Assembly: GCF_963921235.1 (NCBI RefSeq)
Contig: NC_086097.1
Coordinates: 231,014,001 to 231,078,000 of the forward strand
Length of the DNA: 64,000 nt
Direction of reading: 5' to 3'
Source of the DNA: Mobula hypostoma
Lineage: Eukaryota
In this document: piece by piece, positions 47,964 through 57,544 of the stretch
How positions within the stretch are numbered: the first letter of the stretch is position 1
Layout of the letters: each line of letters begins with the position of its first letter
Program-made: the position numbers and the translations under genes
The notes under the pieces: generated by a model
What the model was told of the DNA's origin: nothing
Seen by the model: only the letters and a program-made list of their open reading frames with translations
The model's database searches: none

Positions 47964-48878
47964 TGTTGTTTGTCCATCGTTGACGTCGACCTCGACACCA
48001 TTAGTCACTTTGAGACTGGATGCGGTGTGTCCGAAGATGACTGGTCAGGCCAATGCGGGCACGAAATGTCCTGGCACATGTTGGGCAGACACGTGTAGGC
48101 ACTGCAGTTGTTGCGCTGGTGGCTCTGGACTTGCGCAGCTCGTGTTTATGTGGTACTTCAGCAATGCGCCTTGCTTTGTAAGCTAGACAGCCCTTGCGGA
48201 TGAGGCCACGCCAGGTAGGGCAGTTTTGTGCCAGCGTTTCCCAGGTAGTCGTATCTATGTCAAATGACTTCAGGGAGGCCTTTAGTGTGCCTTTGTAACA
48301 TTTCTTCTACCCTCCATGTGAGTGTCTTCCAGCAGAGAGTTCCCCAAAAAGGAGCTGCTTGGGTATGCGCTCGTCCAGCATGCGGATGACATGACCTGCC
48401 CACCGGGTCTGTGCTCTCATCAGCAGTGTGTGGACTGATGGTAGACTTGCTCTAGACAGAACTTCAGTGTCTGGTACTTTATCTTGCCATCTGATGCCTA
48501 ATATTCTGCGAAGGCAAGTCATGTGGAAATGGTTGAGCTGTCTTGCATGCCTTCGATACACAGTCCACGTTTTGCAGGCATACAGGAGGGTAGTGAGTAC
48601 CACAGCTCTGTAGATCTTCAGTTTTGTTGCTGGGCTGATTCCTCGATGTTCCCATACAGTGGAACGCAGTCTACCGAAGGCAGAACTTGCCTTTGCTATT
48701 CTACAGTTAACTTCTGTATCAATAGTCACTGCTCGGGGGAGGGTGCTGCCGAGGTCAGTAAACTGGTCCCACTGCCTGTAGTTTCTGTCCTTTGACTGTG
48801 ATTTTTGGTTCTGTGTACGGTGCGTGAGGAGCAGGCTGGTGCATGACTTCGGTCTTTTTGATGTTGATGGTGAGTCCA
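47964..48878 (-). mobile_element. RTE (BovB-like clade) LINE, 5'-truncated, (CAA)n tail, 11-bp TSD
   Basis: ORF 48307..48933 RIAKASSAFGRL..TKLKIYRAVVLTTLLY..TWT..CLRRILGIRWQDKVP..RWAGHVIRM..RIPKQLLFGEL; TSD AATGTATACAT at 47953-47963 and 48879-48889; nested in another non-LTR 3' tail. Confidence 0.93.
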
Positions 48879-50437
48879 AATGTATACATACTTCGATAAT
48901 AAATGCACCTTGAACTTCAAATAAAATGTGCATTAACTTTCATGACATTTTACCAAAAATCTTCTTAAAATTCAAACACATAAAGGGAATTGGGGAGCAA
49001 CATATTCTATATTTCTGGTAATGATTACATTATTATGATTTTTCATAAACCATACCCATAGCTATTGAATTATTCAATTATCAGACAGATAATACATTGC
49101 ATATTTACATAGAAAGATCAAAAACCAACATTACGAATCCCTAATTTTCTACAATTATTCTAAATCCACATGCAACTCTTTAGAATGAAGCAAAGGCTAT
49201 TTGCATATAATTTTAAATATTTCGGGATCAAACTATCAGCAGGTTACTTGTTGCTCCAGATTCCAGCATCCGCAGTCTCTTGCGATCCACAGAATGACAG
49301 AAGACAGAAGACACAGGTTGGAGAGAAAACAAACTTACGAGGAAAGGTTGAGTGAGCTAGGGCTTTTCTCTTTGGAGCAGAGGAGGGTAAGAGGTGACTT
49401 GGTATACTAGGTGATCGAGTGGATAGCCAAACACTGTTTTTCCCAGGGTGGAAACGACTAATACAAGGAGGTTAATTGGAGAAAAGAATATTGGGGGGGA
49501 TGTCATTCTTTACACAGAGAGTGGTGGGTGCGTAGAATACCCCAGTAGGGGTGATGCGTCAAATTTTCTAATCCCCACCATAGCATTTTGCGTGTTACTT
49601 TTGTGGTGAAAAATACAAAACAGACACAGATTCAGTAAAATATTAGCACGTGGAATTTGTACATTACTGAGCTGATTCTAAATAGATTTAAAATAAAACT
49701 ACATTGTACTACTGATAATACTAATCCTTCATCTACTGATAAATACATCAGCATACATCTAGAAATAATGATAAAGCGACTGTATATTATATGCAAACAT
49801 TATAATGCTATGATACACACATTCATGAGTCAGAAACAGCATTTTTTAGTAGTCAATCTTTGCAATGAAACCATTTCTACAAACAGCATAGGGCCTTCAA
49901 TTCTGTTTATTAACCAAAGAAACCTATGATGCAATAACTGCAATGAAAAATAAACATGAAGTGTTCTATATGTGAAATTAAGGGAAAATTATAAATTAAA
50001 AGGGTGTTCATTAAGTAATTGAAATTCAGCAATAAGCTGTTAAATCTAAATGCTGTATCTTTTCAATACAAGAAGAAAGCTGTGTAATAGTATTTTTGTT
50101 GATGAAGAAAAACCTGTTCACACATCATTTTGCAGCAGAGGAGTTTACGGTTACAGTGTTCAGTCTTGGGATAATAACTATGCTGCATTTTCACATTTTT
50201 TTTATGCAGCTCTTCTGTCAGCGTTACTTAATTCATTCTCAGCACCTGAGCCTCACTGGCAATTCCAGAATTCATTGCCCAACCTTAATTGCCAAGTTTA
50301 ATGCATCTGAGTGGCTTGCTAAGTTAATTGTGGCTGGAGACACACAGCCCCAAACCAGAAAGACACAAAAGTTTCTTTTTATTTTAGAGGAAACAGTGCA
50401 TCAGTTGGTATACTGTAATGGCATTTACCACTACATA

Positions 50438-50835
50438 GTTTTCTCTGGAGCAGGAGAGGCTGAGGGGAGATTTTAATAGAGGTTTATAAGATTATCAGAG
50501 GCATAGGTAGAGTAGGCAGACGTATTTTTTCCCCAGGGTTGAAATGTCTAATACCAGAGGGCATACATTTAAGGTGAGAGGGATGCAATTTCATAGGAGA
50601 TGTGAGGGACAAGTTTTTTTATACATAGAGAGTGGAGGGTGCCTGGAGTAGTGGTAGAGGCAGATACATTAGGTACTTTTAAGAAACGTTTAGATAAGCA
50701 GATGAACGAAGAAAATTGAAGGATATGGACTTGGTATAGCATAAGAGATTAGCTTAGTTAGCCATTTGATTACCAATTTAATTAGTTTGGCACAACACTG
50801 TGGGCCGAACGGCCTGTTGCTGAGCTGTTCTATAA
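50438..50835 (+). mobile_element. CR1 3' fragment
   Basis: FSLEQERLRGDFNRGL-like remnant and CR1 3' UTR ending GGGCCGAACGGCCTGTTGCTGAGCTG; a similar piece lies at 49330-49550. Confidence 0.75.
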
Positions 50836-51289
50836 ACACTAAATAATCTGCAGATGTTGGGGTCAAAGCAACACTCACAACACGCTGGAGGAACTCAGCA
50901 GGTTGGGCAGAATCCGTGGAAACGATCAGTCAACGTTTCGGGCCGGAACCCTTCGTCAGGACTGAAGAGGGAAGGGGCAGAGGCCCTATAAAGAAGGTGG
51001 GGGGAGGGTGGGAAGGAGAAGGCTGGTAGGTTCCAGGTGAAAAACCAGTAAGGGGGAAGTTAAAGGGGTGGGGGTGGGGATGGGGAAGCAGGAAAGGTGA
51101 CGAAGGAATAGGGGAAAACACAATGGGTAGTAGAAGGAGGTGGAACCATGAGGGAAGTGATAGGCAGCTGGGGGAAGGGCAGAGTGACATATGGATAGAG
51201 GAATTGAGGGGGAGGGAATTACTGGAAGTTGGAGAATTCTATGTTCATACCAAGGGGCTGGAGACTACCTAGATGGTATATGAGGTATA
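50836..51289 (-). mobile_element. Penelope-like 3' fragment with hammerhead, 15-bp TSD
   Basis: TSD TGAGCTGTTCTATAA at 50821-50835 and 51290-51304; minus strand encodes the GIY-YIG tail LIYHLGSLQPLGMNIEFSNFQ*. Confidence 0.9.
50926..50965 (-). ncRNA. Minimal type I hammerhead ribozyme motif (GUU site), sense to the host gene
   Basis: Minus strand TCAGTC-CTGACGA-A-GGGT(TCCG)GCCC-GAAAC-GTT^GACTGA; perfect 6-bp helix I. Confidence 0.75.
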
Positions 51290-51540
51290 TGAGCTGTTCT
51301 ATAATTTATTAACAGCAGCTCTTTATTTCAATTTAAGAACAACACTGGCATTCATATAGATATGGTAGGATTTGAACTTTTATTTCCTGCCTAATGACTG
51401 GTCCAGTAATTTAATTGCAACAAAATATACTCTCAAATGGGGCATTGTCCTTTTTAACTTATAAATCATGCCTCTTGAAAACTATGCAGAAGTGTGCATA
51501 CAAGGATTAACAAATATCCCATTGAACTATAACACCAAAC

Positions 51541-54012
51541 TGTGTGACGTGTGAACATAACAGAGAGCTGCAGTTCCCAGTGAGGCAATGCGGACGATTC
51601 ACGGAGAACCAGAAGTATTGTTGGGGCGAATAGGGAGCGTGCGCCAAAGTGCGGAGGTAGAAGCCATGATTGTTAATAAATGAGCTAGAGTTTGAAAACC
51701 CATGCAAAGTGTGTCTTTTATCAAGAACAAACATAACATGGTGCCTGAAGTCCAAATGAGGTCTGAATATGAAGCAAAACTGAATTCCGTGAGTGACTGA
51801 GGAAGAGTTGCTAGGTTCCGACAGAGAGAAACTGCTGGCAAAAGAGCACATTGTCTCGAAGTTCATGAAGAGATTCAGGAGAGAAAAGCCCAAAAAACTC
51901 CATTATGTCCTGCACCTATGCAGTTTACCGGCAACTTAACTGACACTGGAAACACTTCAAATGCTTCAATATATATTTAGCCAAGAGCAGACCAGAGACA
52001 TGAATGAAAAACTGAAAGCATCTATCTTTCTATGCATAATTGGCGAAGACGCTTTGGACATTTATAACAGCTTTCAAATTCATTAGACAGCTTTGACATT
52101 AGACACTCTGATGACAAAATTTGAGGAGCATTTTGTCCCAAGTAAAAACATCATATTTGAAAGATAAATATTTTTTCCTGTGAATAGAGACAAGGTGTTA
52201 CCTTTGTCTAATATTCAGCTGAGCTTAACACACTGAGTAAGTCCTGTGTGTTTAGAGACTTGAGGGACTCACAAGTCAGAGACAAAATAGTTTGTGGAAT
52301 CCTAGATGATGGGCCAGAGAAAGCTCGCTCCATGAAAAAGATCTGACGCTAGAAAAGGCTGTGAATATGTGTAGGGCAGTGGAGACCACACGAGCACAAA
52401 CTAAGTAGCTGTACAGAGCAGAAACAATAGTGTATGCTGTGAAAACAGAGGGGCAGAGCACAAGGCATTTCCCAATGCAACAGCATAGTAAAGAGGCAGG
52501 TCAAACAGTGAATGCAGCAAATGTGAAGGTAGTCACATTCCAAAGCTGGACATCAGAGCCCAAGTGAATTTGTCATCCATGGATGGTTACAAGACTCTCA
52601 AAGTAAAGAGCAAGATGTACCCAGTGAAGTTAAAAGTGACAGGCTATATTGGAGCGAATGTTCTAGTAAAAGAGAGCTGTGCAGTGACCTTCAGGCACAA
52701 GGGACAGAACCTAAAGGCAGAGCTACTGATTGTTGAACAGAGAGTACAGCCAATATTAGGTCTGACTTCATGCAAAAGGCTCTACCTGGAGGAAAGAGTT
52801 TTCATAGTGGCTTCACAGACCAAAGGTGACCACGCAACACTCAATAAAGAGTAGGCATATGTCTTTAACTAGAGAAATTCGTAACAGCATCCATGAGAGA
52901 TCCAAAGAGGTTATGCCAGAGAAGCACAGGAACTCCATGTTCCATAGACATCCATACAAGTATGACAGTCAGGATGCCAGTGCTAAACAGAGTGATCAAG
53001 ATGAAGTAGTTGCCAGTCATGCTTCCTCATCATGCAGCTTTGATTCAAAAAATATATATCTCACATTGACTTCCAGTTAAAGACCGGAAATCAAAAAATA
53101 TCACCATGATCCTCGCTGAAGTTGAAGAGGAAAAATGAAAAGGAAGATGGGAAGACCACACAATCCCCAAGGTCAGAACAAAGGCACCAGTTCAACATAA
53201 GCCAACAGGAGGAGTGGCTCTGTATGATATGCAGTCAACAAAAACAGCTCTGTGAATTGACAAAGACTCTGTTGGAACTCATGCAAATATCCACTATTCA
53301 CGTGGATGTAGTTCAAGGCTCCATAATGAGGCATGTAGAGTGAATTATGGTCACACAGCAAGAAGAAGAACACAGACAAACAGATAGGGTCTTGGCAGGA
53401 GGATGTAAAAGAAATGAACAGCTAGATCAGAGTGCTCAAAAGGACACTGGTAATAATGCAGCAAGTGAAAGCAAGACATCTGTGGAAACAAACAGCCGTC
53501 CAAAAAGGATCATTAAGCTACCACAGAGATGGATTGAGAGTGACTGAGTGAATAGGGGATTATATTTGCTTATTATAATTGACGTTAATGTAAATATCTT
53601 TGCTGGAAAGCATTATTGTGTCTTGCAGGTTTATGAGGACATAGTATTTTGTCCTGACAAAGGGTCTCGGCCCGAAACATCGTCTGTGCTTCTTCCTATG
53701 GATGCTGTCTGGCCTGCTGCGTTCCACCAGCATTTTGTGTGTGTTGCTTGAATTTCCAGCATCTGCAGATTTCCTCGTGTTTGAGTATTTTGTTTGTTTT
53801 CTTTAAAGGGGGAAGATGTATTATGTGTGTATGTAATAAAGAATTTCAGTTCCTACTGTACAATGTGTGCAGTTCATGAGGAAGCAGAAGTGACATTGGG
53901 GAACTGGGAGCACGCCCTGAAGTGTGAAGCTGGAAGCCATGAATGTCTCCTGTTAATAAATGTGCTAGCATATGAGAACCCATGAAAGGTTTGTCTTTTA
54001 TCAAGAACAAAC
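51541..54012 (+). mobile_element. Old internally deleted Gypsy-type element with two diverged LTRs
   Basis: 5' LTR ~51541-51738 (ends ACA); PBS-like TGGTGCCTGAAGT at 51739-51751 (near tRNA-Leu); gag relics (IGEDALDIYNSF, KFEEHFVPSKNIIFER, VRDKIVCGI, DLTLEKAVNMCRA); PR relic KLDIRAQVN; PPT AAAGGGGGAAGA at 53805-53816; 3' LTR from 53817 shares TGTTAATAAATG..GTCTTTTATCAAGAACAAAC. Confidence 0.85.
53653..53783 (+). mobile_element. 131-bp Penelope-type terminal unit inserted in the Gypsy relic, 10-bp TSD
   Basis: TSD AGTATTTTGT at 53643-53652 and 53784-53793; begins at a mutated hammerhead (CTGACAA..GAAACATC). Confidence 0.85.
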
Positions 54013-54780
54013 TCTCTTTGAAATGGAACACATTGCACTCTGTAGCATCTAATCAGTGAAAGCAGCTAATACACTGTAGTTATTTACACATCCATTGTGA
54101 CACAAGGTAATAAACAACTTCCAGAAAGGATATATTATAATTGCCCAGGTGAAATGTTCTGATATGAATGGACTTCTGAAAATTCAATGAAAAGTTTTCG
54201 TTATTTACACTGAAAAGTACTTATTACAGATACTAGCTGTAGCGACTACTTGGACAAACCAACACCGTTGCTAAAGACCAAACACGGGGAATTATCCTGT
54301 ATGACATGCCCTCTGATCTAATCCAGTAGTAATGTTCAAAGAGTCAAAGAAATGTACTTGATCCTTTATTAGCAACCAGCAAAATATACAATCTTGAAGC
54401 AATGAAACAAATGCATCTAAAACTAGCGATATTAAACATACTTAAGTGAAGTTAAGTGGAGTTACGAGGTTTCAAATGTAATTACGAGGTCAACAAAAGA
54501 TAGCACATTCGGCAGTCTGTAGCTCTAAAAACTAACCAGAATAAAGCAAGAATACAAAATGTATTCCCTTCACTTTGACCACGCTCCCACCCATGTGACT
54601 AACACCCATAGTAAACCTAATAAACATTCAAGACAAAATACAGTGCAGATGGAAATCAGATGCATGGCTCTGACACTAGTCAACCAGTTAAATACATTTT
54701 TCAGGTGCCAAGCCATTGTTTTTAATGTGTACTTAATACTCTGACTGTTGCATAAACTTTACAAATCAGTCATAGCTTGA

Positions 54781-55327
54781 ATTAGATTAGATTAGATTAG
54801 ATTATGAGGACACTCAGTCCTCGTTTATTGTCATTTAGTAATGCATGCATTAAGAAATGATGCAATGTTCCTCCAGTGTGATATCACAGAAACACAAGAC
54901 AGGCCAAGACTAAAACTGACAAAAACCACATAATTATAACATATAGTTACAACAGTGCAAAGCAATACCGTAATTTGATAAAGAGCAGACCATGGGCACA
55001 GTAAAAAAAAGTCTCAAAGTCCCAATAGCCCCATCATCTCACGCAGACGGTAGAAGGAAGAAAAACTCTCCCTGCCATGAACCTCCAGCGCCGCAAACTT
55101 GCCGATGCAGCACCCTGGAAGCACCCTGGAAGCACCCAACCACAGCTGACTCTGAGTCCGCCCGAAAACTTCAAGCCTCCGACACCGAGCACTGAGCACC
55201 ATCTCTACCGAGCGCTTCGACCCCGGCCCTGGCCGCCAAGCAACAGGCAAAGCCGAGGATTCGGGGCCTTCCCCTCCGGAGATTCTGGATCGCACAGTAG
55301 CAGCGGCAGTGAAACAGGCATTTCAGG
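54781..55327 (-). mobile_element. Non-LTR 3'-UTR-type repeat with (CTAAT)n tail
   Basis: ATTAG repeats then ATGAGGACACTCAGTCCTCGTTTATT; sisters at 60791-61170 (-) and about 2945-3080 (+). Confidence 0.8.
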
Positions 55328-57544
55328 ATTATACATGCTTATTGCTATTAATAGAATTGCATGACTGTAATCACTCCATTTTATTAACTACATTGGCACC
55401 TGGTAACTATATGTAATCAATTACTAACTAATTACATGAGTATGTAGAACAGAATTTATGTATTCTGCTCATGTTATCACTAAATTATTTGTTAATTGGG
55501 CATACTTTTTATACACACAATAAAAGAAAGAAAATAATTCTCCAGGGAAACTCTGTAAATCTGAAATGCTCAGGCATCTGAAGATGCTTGACTAGAAAAT
55601 TTTCTAAACTGATGGATAATATTCCTATTAATGTCCTGGAACTCTTTGATTTCACTATTTCTTAAGATGTTACACAGAAAACCAGTAAGTTTAAATGGCT
55701 TGCGGGAAGTGGGGCACAGTGATTTTAAAGGGATGTGAGGAATGAAAATCCAGTCGCTTTTAAGACTGCAGTGCAACCAGCGACCTGGTGAGCTCAAAGG
55801 GAGCATAGGTTACTAGGCCCCAGTGAATTTTAAGGGGGAATGCAGGAAACATCAGTTGGCAGACCAGATGCTGAATTATAGTTATTTTTGAAGAAATGAA
55901 GTTTATTAGAACTTTCCCATGTTCAATATGGCAACATAAAATAAAATTATTTTTAAACTATTTCATGAAACATTTTTAGTATATACTTTAAATCAATGCA
56001 ATTTCTTTTGCTTGCCTCCTCTGTCCAGCTATTATTTGCTTAAAGTGATGAATGACCAAACGGAGATTGTTTGTAAAATGTCTCTGAAGCCTGCACTCAA
56101 TTTAATTTGCTGGCTACTGTGCTTCCCTAGCCAATGGGGATAACCTTGGCTTTGAGCAAAACAGTGAAACAGATGATAAGCATTAGGCATATATTACACA
56201 GATCTGATTTTCAGCTGCTGACACGGCAAACTGCATGCCACACAATGAAGACAGATGAATGGATCCATGAAATCCCAAAACCAATAGGTTGGGATCACAG
56301 CTCTGCAGCCCTACAAAGCAGGAAACAACCCCATCTTCAATGATGGTAGAACTCCAAGTGTGAAGCATTGGCAATGGTTCAAATAGAAGTATCAAGTGGA
56401 TCATTCATCTCAGCCCCCTTCAGAGGTCTTCACAACTGCAAAGATCAGTCTTCATCTAATCCAATTCACTCTGGATTGAAATCAGGAAATAGTGTAGCTT
56501 GGGCTGTGGTCCCAAACAAAACTCCTGGTGCAGTACTGAAGACTTGTATGTCAGATGCATCTTGCATTGGCATTTACCAAAAATTCAGAGTTTCTCCAAC
56601 TACCATCCACCACACCATTGTCAATCATCAGCAAAGTGATGACAGTTGTCAGTAATGATATTGCATTCACCCAACAGCAAGTTCACACTGGATATCAATC
56701 CACAGGACCTTGGCTCCAGACCTCACTACTACAAATGAAAAAAAGCTCAGTTCCTGGGTGACAGTAATAATGTTATCTCCCTAGTCGTGTCGATGTGAGG
56801 TTCTCCTGCGGGTCCTCAGATGGTTGTAAGGTTGGTCTGGGGTTCACATATTCTGCTGCACGGTGGACACGAATAAGTGGTGCCTGTCATTGTGTATTTA
56901 ATATTTCAATAATATTTGAGTAATCTTTTATATATGTTGGTTGATTAAACATTCTTGTTTGTTTAAATAATTACGGGTTATATGTAAAAATACATTAATT
57001 GCATACGTTCTTACACTAACATGTGATAAGTGGACACCTCACTTAAAATAAAAGACTAAGTTACACTTGCATTTCAGATTCTGTACCTTCTTTTGAATGT
57101 TTTGAAGTTATGAAATGTAACAGCTGTGGTTAGTGGTTGGGTCTTTTGGTTCTTAATTCTCTGCTTTTGTAGCTGCCATTTGTTTTCTGTGGCACAGCAG
57201 AGTTTTCATGCAGTGCAACTCCCTCCAAGTCCATCTACTGAACAATGTTTTCTCAGTCTTTAAACGTAATGTTGAATTTCTTCAGGCTGATTTTAATGCT
57301 ATCTTTGAAGCAATTCCTTTGCCCACCTGGGGCAGAGGTTACAAAGGTGGTAAACCCATGGCACACGTGCCTAAGATGACACACACAAAAAAATTCTGTT
57401 GGCATGCGGCATGCAGTGCCGCCCCATGATTCTTTAAGCCCCACCCATAATAAAAAGATACAGAATGATTATTTTCACTGACAAATGAAGCAGTAAATGA
57501 CATTATACAACTCAAGAGCAGTGAGGTGTTTTCACAAGAATTGT

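Noticed and set aside
56885..57122. Short AT-rich TG...CA block as a solo LTR within an RTE-like remnant
   Set aside because: Plausible, but no TSD or second copy in the window to support it.
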